DNA from: Callorhinchus milii
Lineage: Eukaryota
Length of the DNA: 64,000 nucleotides
Assembly (NCBI RefSeq): GCF_018977255.1
Contig: NW_024704743.1
Location: forward strand, 68,202,001 to 68,266,000
Reading direction: 5' to 3'
The notes beneath the pieces are model-generated. The model saw nothing but the letters and a program-made list of their open reading frames with translations. It had not been told where the DNA came from and ran no database searches. Below are positions 23,473 to 36,529 of the stretch, one piece after another. Position numbers and translations under genes: made by a program. Each line of letters starts with the position of its first letter. The first letter of the stretch is position 1.

Positions 23473-25173
23473 GACAATATGCTTGATTAACTTAAACCAA
23501 TAATCATGTTGTTTTACTGTTGCACAGTAATTTCAACAACTGACAAGCATATTCCTGCGTCATTTATGCATAAATTTCAAACTGAACAACTATTCTGAAC
23601 ATAATAAGCATTGGGCGTTTGCTGTTTGCAAGAAATAATATGGCGAATGAGAAAATAGTGCTAGTAAAGGATACTGGTGTCAACCTCAGACTTGATTCCT
23701 TCCCCAACTCTTCCCCACCACGATCCAGAACTCCACAGCATTCTGTCCTGCTCATCACTCATGTGAGGACAGTAATGTGGCAGAGTCAACTTATGCCTAT
23801 TTAGGAAAGGAAGCCCTGCAGTTTAAGATTGTGCGTGGAGTGTTTTTTCCCCTTCCTGAGGCATACTAATGCAGTGATGCACAAACTCATGGGTACGTTC
23901 TCTAGACATTGACAAGGTGTTTCATGGGGCTGAATGGGGTTATCTCAATGGGATGTTATTGAAGGTAGGATTTAGTAAACGATTTGTTCTCTTCTCCTGC
24001 CTTAGGTTAGGTAGCAGCAATCATTATGTGGACTGTCTTAAACCAGTAGACCAGTGCGTGGACTTGCTTCACGTTGCGGGACTGAATAGGGTCTGAGAAT
24101 GTCCACTGAGGTGATATTGGGGCTGTGGCTGCTCCGAATTTAATAAGGGGCAGTTTGTGTGCTTACCGCCCGACTTTTGTACATTCATTGTATTGGTAGT
24201 TCTAATATGCTAGAAATTTGCTTTGTATGTTATTGATGATGTTTATATTGTTATTGCTTTTCTGCAAAAAATGTTTTTGCTATTATTATCTAAAAATTTA
24301 GAAATAAAAAAATCAGAAAAGTGTTTTAACATAAATGTACACGGGTTATCCCAAATGATAAGGTAGGCAGAATGATGATACAAAGGTAGTTGCAAAAAAA
24401 ATCTAAAACATATATTATTGCAAAACAGCCAACCGTTAGGAGAAAGCTTGATTGTAATTCAACTGGCAGTGACCAGAAATTAGCTAATGGTATATTATAA
24501 AGAAAAACTCAGGCACAAAATGGTTCAATAAATCCAATCACTTATGGAGCTTTAAAGTGCAAATCTTTAAGAAATCATAGGATTGAACTTTGACATTCCC
24601 TTGAAACTTTGATGGGAAGGAGATTAAAAAAATTCTGCTGAGGACAGCACGCTTACATTAATTACAACTTCACCTCTCATTCTGCATACGTTTGCATTCA
24701 GCATGAATTGGCACTGGGCCAAAAAAAAGTCCTACTGAACTGGAGTAGGATCTTAAAAGAGGTGGACTTTCCTGATCATTGGAGGAGGAGAACGCCTGCA
24801 ATAGCCATCGGTTACTTTGTCCCTTAATGCTTTGCAATCCACAACACTTATGACTTCAGTTATTTGCTGTGAGTTGAAGTGTTTGGGAAAATACAGGAAA
24901 GAAAGTATCCCAACATTTCAACACAACACCAATATGTTTATGTTCAATATGTTCAGCACCATTACAATTCAGAAACTTTCACTAAGCCGATCAATATCTC
25001 TACTCTCTAAGGATCTGTTTGGATCCCTTTTAAACATTCCTATTGTTCTGATCTAAACTACTAAATGATGAATGTAATTAATATGTACAATGAAAATAAG
25101 CATAAGTTGTAAGATGGTAAACTTTATAAAGTACCTGGTCTGCATGCTTCCTAATTCCAGAATTTTTCACTAA

Positions 25174-25378
25174 GTGGAGTCCTGTAGCTTAGTGGTTAGT
25201 GTCCTTGGCTTGCAAGCGAGAGGACCCGGGTTCGATTCCCGGGCGGGGTGAAACCTTAGGTACGTTTTGTTACTCCACACGCCTCTGTTTACCTAGCAGT
25301 AAGTGGGAACCCGGTTGTTAGTTGATTGCCGATTGCTTTTTGGCGGTAATAATCCCTCCCCCGAAAAATAATAATAAT
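25174..25378 (+). mobile_element. tRNA-Ala SINE 5' half (head and spacer)
   Basis: GTGGAGTCCTGTAGCTTAGTGG...TTGCAAG...GGTTCGATTCCC; ends at the internal (AAT)n run. Confidence 0.88.
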
Positions 25379-26168
25379 GTGGGAAGAGAACCCACAGAGG
25401 AGCAGGAGCAAAAACACACATGCATAGTTTACATTTGATGTAACACATTATGCCAAAGCATCTCATACAGTAGAACTCAAGTATCCACACTTTCTAACCA
25501 CATGCCTGACTGCCTACATTGTGCTCCAATGCAGAAACTAGTTGGTTTACAAAGTCAGGAATTCTTCTCGCGTGCATGCGAGGGATCACAGTTTTAATGG
25601 AGTTGGAACCAGAAGTGCAAGGTAAGTACAAGATCCAGAAAGAGGTAGTTAGAGTGGAAGAAGAGTAGAAAGACGCAGACCGAGACACAGACAAACACAG
25701 ACTGAGGCAGAGAGATACCAAATACATAGAGACTCTGAACTGCTTTTATATCTGCAAAGGAATTTGTCACATTAGTGCAGATATCGAATTCTGCTATATC
25801 CTCTGCAATCTTGCTTGCTTCAAGCACTTTTGCTTTAGGTTGATTTCCATGCCAGGATTTGGGCTCATAAACTATATTAAGTTATTTTTTAACTTGCCGT
25901 GGAATGAATATTTGAGTTGCTATAGTAAACTAAGAGTTCACAGATATTGTGCAAGAATATAGTTTCTGAAGCATTTGGTTAAAGCTTAACTTTGTTTTGA
26001 GTTTTATAATCAATGAATATGTGTCAAGTTTGACAAGAGTCAAGAGAGGTTAATCATTACAACTCAACAATATAGGCTTTGAAAGATTTTTCAGAGCAGT
26101 TGCCAATATTGTGTGATGTTTTTGCTCACTTACAGAATCCCTGGGAAACTGTATCACATCCTACATCG

Positions 26169-26220
26169 ATGGCTGGCACAGACAATGTATTAATTCCACT
26201 GGAGTGTCTGCTTCCCACAG
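26169..26220 (+). CDS. TPK1: TPK1 first coding exon (MAGTDNVLIPLECLLPT-G); the exon probably begins at 26136
   Basis: Acceptor TTTTTGCTCACTTACAG ends at 26135, ATG at 26169, donor CAG|GTACAA at 26220 (phase 1). The peptide resembles the vertebrate TPK1 N-terminus (human ...FTPLEPLLSTG). Confidence 0.88.
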
Positions 26221-29200
26221 GTACAACATTTTGTTTTATTCAACAAAAAGAGCACAGCTACGTGCTTGTTAGGTTATTGGTTACATTTTTTGTTGATCTG
26301 TTGAGTGAGTCTTTCAACAGTCGGTGCAAGTTTACCTACAGTTACATTTCAGTTCTGTAAAAAGAATTGAATGCTTTTGTTTCAGGGCAGCTTTGTTGTT
26401 TGATGCTTCACTGGTTTATGATGGTTGCTCAGTAATGAAGCCTATTTAGTCTAGGTGATTCTGAAAACAAATTATTTTCTTTAGGATGATCTTGTGATAG
26501 GCCTTTTTTTTAATTCAGTTCACTGCTGTGGTAGAATTTATTCAAAGATATTATCTTGGAACAGTTGGCCTTCAGGTGAAGCCCTAACCCTAATCTCCAA
26601 GCTGGAATACACAATCTGGATACATTCCAGGATTTGACCATGGATTTCCGTAGCCTACAACTTGCCCCATGCACTCTTCACAGGAGCGAAATCCAAACTT
26701 TTACGTCCTGATCAAGTCTTGTAGCTCTCCTTCCTTTTGCAGTTACCTTAACAGGATCGTGCTCTGTGGATGAGTATTGTCAGGTTGTAACTTACAACCT
26801 CACCCGCACAAGTAAGAAACACATTGCCTATATCATTAGTTTTTGAGTCCACCCTGTCAACTCTTGTAACTTACTCAGTCCCAGATTTCATGATCAGCGA
26901 CACCCTTCATATGGCTGAGTACCTTGACATGGAGACTCGTAGCACAGGGGATATTACTATTGCTATGTAATCAGCCCTGTAAATGGTCTGAAGTTTCCTC
27001 AATTACACAGAACAATATACCTGGAGACCATAGGATGTGTTGGCCTTCAGGTGAAGCAATGTAATCGATTGCTGTATAATTCTGAATCCCCTGCAATTGG
27101 CAAACCTCTGGAAGAGAATTAAGACCATCATTGTCAAAGGGATTTGTTCCACGTTTAAAGTTCCAGGCCAGATATATTCCAATTTCCTACAGGGAGCAAT
27201 GGACATCATGCGAGGCCAATCCACAGCATAGAGAGTGCTTATGTATGTATGCTGCTAGATTCTACTCAACTCAAGGGAGAAAAACAAAATATTTGGAGGG
27301 AAGACTTCCCATATGGAGATGAGCAACTTTTCAAACCAAATCTATTTTCTTTCTAATAACCCTTCCATTTGTTATCTTGTAATTTTTTTTGATAGTGAGC
27401 CTCAACTTTCGTGCAGTTCAGAACAAATCTTCCCAAATTGCTGATCATTATCCAGTCATCCCTGCTGGTTGTTGGTGTGTGTTTGTGTGGATGTGTGATC
27501 TTGGGAATGTATTTTTTGTTTTTCTATACTCATAGATTTCCTATTTTTTTTAAAAAAACGACTTTGTGTCGTAAAACTCAAACCAGTGGGAATTACATCA
27601 GTATGTATGTCTTAGATTCTGTGATTAAACATTGTATGTTAGCCAATGCATAAATAGTCTTGTCTTGATGCTATGAAGTGCTGCCTATAAAATTGTAGTT
27701 TTAATGATAAATCTGTCACACACAAACAAAATCTGGCAATGGTAGCCAACTTCCATTGGTTTCAGTACATTAGTTGAGTTCAAATAGGAGCAGACAGAAG
27801 CAACCTTGATCACTATTTTTCCAGAAGGTTTTGCATAAATAAAGGATGCATGAATTACTACAATAAAATATTTTTCTATTTTTGAAAAATGAATGGTAAT
27901 CATCCACGTAGGCTGGATTGAAGTACATTTTGAGAAAGTTTTTGTATATGATTTTCTGGAGGTGCTTGATAACCATTTTTTTGCACGTCTGAAACATTTC
28001 AACCCACGCAAACACGCAATTATCAAGCAAACACTTTTCTAGTCCCCATGCTTATTTTGATTTATTAAAATAATGAGCTCTTTTGAAACTTTTAGGGGTT
28101 GAGATTCCCATTAAAGGCTTGCTGACAAGGGCGGTAAATTTTCCAAACATGGGAAAAATTCTGCGTAAACAAGGTTCCTATTAACATACTTAAATGTTTA
28201 GGAATAGGAAAAAGCCTCTTAAACTACTTTATACTATCCACTTCAATAGGCTTCAATGATAAATTATTCTGGAAATATAATTTCCCTTTATTATACTCCC
28301 TTCTTATACAGTGGGCATTTCGTCCACAAAATATACAGTCAATTCACTTTACAATATATTCTGTGAAGCGCTTTGAGATGTCTCGAAGACATGATAAGGC
28401 GCTATATCAAATGCAAGGATTATTATTATTATCCTCCAAATGCTTGCCCTTGTCACCTGCATTTTAACCTGGCTTCACTTTGTGATGGTAGTACAATTTT
28501 ATTTGTGTCTTAAGGTCACAAGAGAGGTTCAGGTGAAACGAGTCCTTTGGCCCATTTATCCCATCTACATCTAACAAACATCAATAATGGAGCTCTTGTG
28601 AACAGTTGTGATTGTGACTCACTAACAGCAAATTGCACTTATATAGCACCCATATAGCCGATGGAGTGGGAGCCCAAGTTGGGTGGAAAATTGTGGAGGT
28701 AGGAGGAAAATGAATGAAAGCACAGTCAAAGAAAGTTATGTTTTTAGAAGCTTTTTGTGAGTGGAGGCATGCAATAACAGAGGGATTTAGGGGGAGGTCC
28801 AGATAGTGGGGCAAAGTGGCTGAAGGCTGAAAGTTGATGGTTGGGTGTAGGGGAAGAGGGATGAGAAGCACACCAGTGTTTCAAATTGGTTCAGCAAACA
28901 AAACAGTAATTATTGTTGGCAATTTTCTCCCTTCCTCTTGAGAGCACTCTTTCCTGAGTAGTTACCGCAATTGCCAGGCTCTCTCTGGTACCTTAGACAA
29001 GTGGCCATTCTTCATTATAGCGCAGACTGTTTCAGCCATTTTTCTCCATAATGCATTGGCTTGTGGCAGCAACAGCCAAATCCTTTTGAGTGAATTGTAT
29101 CTTGGAAGAAATAATTTTTACCTAGCCATCTGCTGATTCAACAACAACAAATTATATTTACGTAGCACCTCTCATGTCGGGAGGACCGCCCAAGGTACTG

Positions 29201-31463
29201 CTCAGTAAAGGGTTTGCACATAAGCTGGGGACTGGAGTCAAGAGGGGTGGAGGGTAAGGGGGTGGAGGTGGGAAGATGACTGAAGGTGCAGTTGAAGAGA
29301 AAAGTCAACAGCGATGTTCCTGGTGTTATAACAACAATGTACTTCCGCAAGATCTGGATCCTGCTCCGAGACATTTTACAACAATTTTATATTTATATGG
29401 CAAGTGTATTGATGACATCTCAAAGTGCTTCACACAACTGACTGGCAGCCTGAACTGGGGCTGGGGTGCGGGGAGGTGTGTGGGGGAAAATGGACAAAAG
29501 CGCATCATGATGGCCAAAAGAGATGGCCATGGCTACCTAGCAAGCTGCAGATACCTGTCTCAACAACAAATTACATTTTTTTAGCGCATTTCAGGTCAGG
29601 AGGACGTCCCAAGACACTGGCCAGTCAGGATCCGCGCCCGAGCTGGTCCAGGAGCACAGCAGTATTGTATATACATGACAGACAGTCTCAACTTAGGGAG
29701 TAAAGCCGATTGCCCAGATGGGATCTTGCCTCAGTTTTAAAGGTTGTTGATTCTTTACTTCAGTGTGTGACACTCTGATTGAGGGCATGAGAGATAAGAG
29801 TATTGTATAGCATTATTTGATCTTTGTAGGCAGCCAGCTGGATTGCAAATGTGTCTTTTGGTCCTGTGCTTGTTACGGTAATTTATTTTCTAATAGAGCT
29901 GCTCACTTGAGATTCAAGAACAGTGAATGAAGAGTTAAATGCGTGTTTCTTCAGCACCTGAATCATTTACATCCTAAGAATTTTCTCAAAACAAAAGTAG
30001 TTTTGTTACCATGGTGTATCAGGTTTTATAGTACCAATCTGTCTCTTAGTAAATATTTTAGAAGAAAGTGCACATTTTGTATATTGTGTACTTGGATTGA
30101 ATAACTTCAGACAGGAGTAACCTTGCAAAGTATGTGATATCTGGAGCCAACCAGCCTAAGCTAAATATACAAGCACTGCAGCAATGTGCTGAATGTGCAC
30201 AGCTGCAGTCATGTTGGTTGAAAACAACATTGAAGTAATTTTACCTGAAGAATGTTTTCAATGAGGATATGAGGTTTTAAACAAGCTAAAAACATAGGTC
30301 ATTCTACTTACTTGCTAAGTAAAATGTAGGATTGTTCTGGAGTATGTAGTAACATTTGATCATATAACTTTCAGATGTAAAATATGATCCACATTTTCTG
30401 ATGGACATTGCATTATGCAAATAAATAGCTCATAGTTATAGTTCCTCTGTGTTAATAGCAAATTTCTTTAAAGCTGAAAGTAAGTACTGATAGTATGGGC
30501 ATGAGAGTAACCATGTTTTGCTCCTAAGAGAATTGCTTTTAAAGGTATCCAGTGCATAAGCTGCATGTTTTGTGCAGATTTTATATGGCCTGCGAATCTG
30601 AAATGTGACTGGTATGCTGGTACAATCCATCATTTGCTCACCTCCTCTTCAAACCTGAAGAGAAGGTTTCCAATTCACAATTCTACTTCCAAAAATGTTG
30701 TATTTACAAGTCTCCACTATATCCTCACGATTCATGGGCAAAGTTTCCTATTTTGTAGAGGTTTTCACAGCATATTTAATGCATTTACAATGTCTCCATT
30801 GATCTTAGAGGAAAGTAGTTTTTCTTGATTTAACAGGCAATTCAATTTGTCTTCAATAACTATCAAGCAGGCATCTTCCCTTATAGATTAAATTTGGTCA
30901 TTCATCTCGTGGGATATTCATGGGATTTTGCTAGCACAGATTAGCTGCCATATTTTCCTAGATGCCCTTTGCTGAACAACAATGCTTAAAAGTAATTCAT
31001 TAGAAACTAGCATTTGCTGTTAGGGAATGAATAGCAAACATTTCAATGTTAGACCCCATTGTTAGAAGACGCGTTTTCAAATGTAAATATTATTTATTAG
31101 TAAGCTTTACTAAAATGGGATCCACCCTTTCTGTAATGTCACATTTAGCAGCACACGGACTTGGCAGATGCCAAGGCTGGGGGCAACGTGAGGCCAGATT
31201 TCCTAAACTTTTCCCCCATAGGATCAGTCATTGACAAAGTTTAAGTGCTGCTGCAAAATAAACCATGTTGTGTGTGGGCTGGGAGAATGCTGGGAAACAA
31301 AATTAAATGGCTAAAAAAAATGACTGTAGCCTAGAATTCTTATGGCTTATGTAACCCAAGCATGTCTGCTTTGATCTTTGCCTCATAAAGCTGTAACTGT
31401 AAGTGGCATTTATGCATTGTATCCAGCTCCCTGACTGAGTCTCTGTTTTTATTTCCATTTCAG

Positions 31464-31538
31464 GCAAACTCAAATACTGCCTGGTGATTCTCAACCAGCC
31501 TATGGACGATAATCAGTTTCAGCGTCTGTGGAGCAAAG
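31464..31538 (+). CDS. TPK1: TPK1 coding exon 2 (GKLKYCLVILNQPMDDNQFQRLWSK)
   Basis: Acceptor TTTCCATTTCAG, donor AAG|GTACAG, phase 1 to 1. LKYCLVILNQP matches TPK1. Confidence 0.96.
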
Positions 31539-31919
31539 GTACAGATTTGATTGCTGAAGAACACTTTCCAACTAGCTGATGTAACTATCTAATAACAGTG
31601 GGTGTATTTAGTTAACTGGTACTATATTGTTTTTTATGGTCGAATGATGTCAGGCTAGCTATAATGACTCCAAGCACTGGTAGCCACAGAACCATCAAGC
31701 AGCACTGTACATGTGGGACATATAACTGCAGTTTGGCCAATGTTAATTAAGATATTATAAAATAGTCTTGAAACTGCATTTGCATAATAATTTTAATTCA
31801 AAACAGATTTAAAATTAGTTGTAAATTCTTAGCTTATTTATTTTCCAAAAATAAAAAAATTGCTTTGTCTTTGCAAAGTGATTTGCTCTTTATAAAATCC
31901 CAGTTTGTTTTTCACTGAG

Positions 31920-32345
31920 AAATATAGAATCTTACAGCAAAACAGAAGGCGGTCATTCGGCCCATCGTAAGTGTGCTGGCTCTTTGAAAGAGTTATCCAA
32001 CTAATCCCACTCCTCCGCTCTTACCTCATAGCCCTGCAATTTGTTTTCTTTCAAGTACACATCCAATTCCCTTTTGAAAGATATTATTGAATCTGCTTCC
32101 ACCACCCTTTCAAGCAGTGCATTCCAATCCGTAACAACTCTCTGGGTAAAAAAAATTCTCCTCCCCTACCCTCTGGTTCTTTTGCCAATTATCTTAAAAC
32201 GGTGTCCTCTGATTACTGACCCTCCTGTCAGAGGAAACAGTTTCTCCCTATCTACTCTCTCAAAACCCCTCATAATTTTGAACACCTTTATTTGTTTCTC
32301 CCCTTAATCGTCTCTGCTCTAAGGAGAACAATCCCAGCCTCTTGA
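31920..32345 (-). mobile_element. CR1 LINE 3' fragment
   Basis: Reverse complement contains FTQRVVTDWNALL and GATGGGCCGAATGACCGCCTTCTG. Confidence 0.85.
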
Positions 32346-32377
32346 GTCTCTGTGATGTTACACTTCAATATGATGTT

Positions 32378-32785
32378 ACACTCCAACTCTCTGCTTATCA
32401 GCCTTCCCAATTCCTTCCTCCACAAGCTGCAGATCATCCAGAACTCTGCAGCCCTAGCGTCTTTGGCACCAGGCTCCGTGACCCTATCACCCTCACTTGG
32501 CTCCACTGGGTCCCCATCCCCCAGAGGATAGAGTTCAAAATCCTCGTCCTCGCCTTCAAAGCCCTCCACAGCCTTGCCTCTCCCTACCTCTGTAACCTGC
32601 TAACCTCATATCAACCTGTCAACTCCCTCTGCTCTACAGGCTCTGGCCTGCTTCACGGCCCCCACCCGGCCTGCCCCATGATCAGGCCTTAAGCCTCTGC
32701 CCCCACCCTTTGGAACTCCATCCCACATTCCCTTCATCTCGCTCCCTCCATTGCCTCCTACAAGGCACGTCACAAGTGTAATTTT
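32378..32785 (+). mobile_element. L2 LINE 3' fragment
   Basis: LHWVPIPQRIEFKILVLAFKALHSLASPYLCNLL. Confidence 0.85.
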
Positions 32786-33440
32786 ATATTGTATTCTAAT
32801 AATCCCAATTGGTTTGAATATCTTCGATTTGCTGATTCATAAAACCGTTTATGCAGTACGTCCTATTTGAAATGACTGGTGACATCAAAGCCCACAGGTT
32901 GAAATAATCTGGATGCCAAAAGCAGGTTATAACAGGATTCCCCTTTACTTGGTTTCAATTGCTAAATAGATAAGCAACCAAAGTGTGAGCAGATCTTAAT
33001 ATCAAACACCTCAAGTGTTGTGTTCGGCTTTGGCTTTCACTCAAAATTCTTCTACATAGCTGAAGTTTGTATTTTTAGTAAAGGAAAGTACTGGAAATCC
33101 ACCACAGATCAAGAAGTGTCTGAGAAGAAAAGATAGTATTGACATTCCTGATAAGACTCCCTAAGCGCTACCCTGCGTGGAGGGCAGTATATAAGTGCAA
33201 ATTGTTGTTGTAATGAAGTGGCCCATCCAGAATATTAACCTATTATTCTCTTTTAAATCCACATTGACCTATTATGGATTTCAAGCATTACTTGCATATT
33301 GAGATTTCCTGCATTTCAGTTTTTCTTTTAAGCTCTAAGATGCTGAATGTGAATTTCAGGATTACGTAAACAGCACTAATGCTGGGTTTCTACTCTGGTT
33401 GTGGGACTCTAGCTGTTACAGACAGACACAATTGAAAATA

Positions 33441-33779
33441 AAAATAATAAACCTTGCATTTGATATAGTACATTATTACGTCTTCAAGACATCTCAAAGC
33501 GCTTCACAGAATACGCTGTAAAGTGAATTGACTATATTTTGTGGGCGAAACACGGCAGCCAATTGCGCACAGCAGTGTCCCACCAAATTATTACTTTTTT
33601 TGAAGGGATTATTACTCCCGGAAAGCGATCTGCTACTCGACTAGCAACCAGGTTCCTATTTATTGCTAGGTGTGTGGAGTAAGGAAACTTGCCCAACATT
33701 TTGCCTTGCCCGGGGAATCGAACACAGGTTCCTCTCGCTTGCGAGGCGAGCATTCTAACCACTAAGCTACAGGACTCCT
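33441..33779 (-). mobile_element. tRNA-Ala SINE (long subfamily)
   Basis: Reverse complement of head, spacer, core and tail. Confidence 0.9.
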
Positions 33780-33939
33780 AAGTAGGCAGAATGCTTTGAA
33801 ACTTCTGTAAATGAACATATTTGTGGCTGGATGCTTTTTCTACCTTCGATGCCCATCTCAACAAGTGGATGAATGGCTATTTGGGCTGCATTCTTTTTAT
33901 ACACTACACATCTGCACCACCTATCTCTTCTACATGGAT

Positions 33940-34235
33940 TTACGAAGAATGTACAGCAGGAAACAGGCTACTTGGTCTAACCAGTCCATGCCGATGTTTA
34001 CACTTCACACGAGTCTTCAACGATTCTTTACTCCTGATATGCTTCTATTCCCCTCATCTGAAGGTCTAGCTTCCTCTTGAATGCATGTACACTATCTGAT
34101 TCAACCACTGCTTCATGCAGGAAGTTCCACAATCTCACTATCCTTTGCATGAACTAGTTCCTCCTAAATTCCTCTGGAAGTCGCAATTTTATATTTGTGT
34201 TCCTTGGTTATGGACTTCCCAACCAGTGGAAAGAA
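33940..34235 (-). mobile_element. CR1 LINE 3' fragment
   Basis: Degenerate similarity to the other CR1 3' ends. Confidence 0.6.
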
Positions 34236-34359
34236 CATTTGTCATAATGTATCTCAATTGTCTGCTACCAAAATAAATGGTAGCAAATAACAGGGGAACA
34301 AGGGCTAGGTGCAACTTGCATTTATATAGTGCCCTTCACGCTGGGCGGTGTCCTCTATT

Positions 34360-34685
34360 ATGGAGTCCTATAGCTCAGTGGTTAGAGCACTCGCTTCGCA
34401 AGCGAGAGACCTGGGTTCGATTCCAGGCAGGGCAAAACCTTGGGCAAGTTTCCTTAGTCCATACATCTGATAATAATCCCTCAAGCAAAAAACAAGACAA
34501 AAATAATAATAATAAATTGGTCACTCAATCCACGACTGTTTATGGAACACTGCTGTGTGCAATTGGCTGCCACGTTTCGCCCACAAAATAATCAGTCCAT
34601 TCACTTCACAGAATATTCTGTGAAATGCATTGAGACGTCTCAAAGATGTGAAAAGTGCTACATCAAATGCAGGGATTATTATTTA
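34360..34685 (+). mobile_element. tRNA-Ala SINE (short type)
   Basis: Head, core and tail present. Confidence 0.9.
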
Positions 34686-35132
34686 TAAAGTTAACTGTTA
34701 TTCAGGGGTAGCTCCCAGCTGCTGCTATGGTTTGGGTTTGCGGTCAATTAAGGAGAAAACAATGTAAGAATTTATTGCGTGCTGAGAAGATATGGTAACA
34801 TTGCATGTACAGTGTGGTAATAAATTATTTGTTCTAATATTAAAGAGGAATAATCCTTCATTTGATACAGTGCCTTAGCATGTTATCGAGACATTTCAGT
34901 CTTTCACAGAATTTTACTGTAAAGCGTAGCAACTGTGTATTTGTAGGTGAACACAGCAGCCAATTTGCACACAGGAATGTTCCAAAAACAGTTAGGAAGT
35001 GAATGAGCAATTTTATTTGGTGGATTGTTGACCAGGACACTTGGGAGAAACTCCCTTTTCGTTTCATATAGTGCCATGGGATCTTTAACTTCCACCTGAA
35101 TAGACGGACAGTATCTTGGTTAAAGCGCTATA

Positions 35133-35580
35133 CAACAATAACAACAACAACTTGCATTTATATAGTGCCCTTCACGCTGGGCGGCGTCCCAGAGGCCAGG
35201 TTTGAGATAGGACGGTAGTGGCCGAGGTTGGAGGGATCGAGGGTAGAATTTTTTAAGGAGGGGTGAGTTGATGACGGCGGTTTTGAGGGGGACTGGGACT
35301 GATCCTGAGGAGAGGAACTGATTAATGGTGTCTGCCAGCACTGGGCAGAGGAGGGGGTGCTGGGTGATCAGTAGTTGAGTGGGGAGAGGGTCGAGGCAGC
35401 AGGTGGTGGGTTTCATCATGGTAATGGAAGATGAGAGGGAGGAAGGAGAGATGGGACCAAAGGAATGTAGGATAGGGGATGTGGTAGGAGCTGACGGGAC
35501 ATGGGTGAAGGAGATGGAATGGGGGTGGGGTGGTAGGGGATACGAGGCAGGAGGATGAGGCTGCCAGGCGGATGTTTTCT
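35133..35580 (-). mobile_element. L2 LINE fragment (pre-RT region abutting an L2 3' tail)
   Basis: MKPTTCCLDPLPTQLL...INQFLSSGSVPVPLKTAVI..PLLKK, then LDPSNLGHYRPISNL in another frame. Confidence 0.85.
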
Positions 35581-36210
35581 GAGTGCTATTTATGTAGAAG
35601 TTGTACTCATAAATTTGTAAATCCTCAACGTTCTCCATCTTCCCCTTCAGAGCAGCTTTTAGGAATTCAGTATGAATGCCGTCCGCCAGTTGTCTTGCCA
35701 TTAGCAATCATCAGAAACTACACAGGTATCTCACTGATTTCAGTGGCTCTTAAAGTACTGCTTCAGGTAGTCACTGCATGCGTATCACATGCATTGGAGG
35801 TTTGTGGTTTGATCAAGAAGGAGCAGGCTGGTGGCTTCCGTTCTCACGAGGAATGTGGGACAGAATATGGCGTTGTAAGAGATTTTATTGGCTGCCGCAT
35901 TTCGCCCACAAATATACAGTCAATTCACTTTACAGCATATGCTGTGAAGCGCTTTGAGATGTCTAGAAGATGTGAAAAGTGCTATATCAAATGCAAGGAT
36001 TATTATTACCTCACAATGTCTTAAGCTCCTCACTGTTCACTACTGGTGTCTAATTTTAAAATCTCTGAACAGGTCCCTGAGTGTTTATTTTGTGGATAAA
36101 TATCAATGGGGAAAAACATTTATTGGCATAAATTGAAATTGTGCCTTTAATAGGGAGGTTCCCGTTAGACAGAAACTACGAGAATTCTAGGATTGTTAGA
36201 ATATACTAAT

Positions 36211-36529
36211 ATAATAATAATAATCCTTGCATTTAACATAGCGCTTTTCACGTCTTCTCGACGTCTCAAAGTGCTTCACAGAATAGACTGTATAGTGAAT
36301 TGGCCGTATATTTGTGGGCGAAACGTGGCAGCCAATTGCGCACAGCAGTGTCCCACAAACAGTCGTGGATTGAAAATGACCAATTTATTATTGTTTTTGG
36401 TTTTGGAGAGATTATTATTAGGCGTGTGGAGTAAGGAAACTTGCCCAAAGTTTCGCCCTGCCTGGAATTGAACCCAGGTCTCTCGCTTGCAAGGCGAGTG
36501 CTCTTACCACCGAGCTGCAGGGCTCCACA
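36211..36529 (-). mobile_element. Full-length tRNA-Ala SINE (short subfamily)
   Basis: Reverse complement is closely similar to 19399-19717. Confidence 0.92.
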
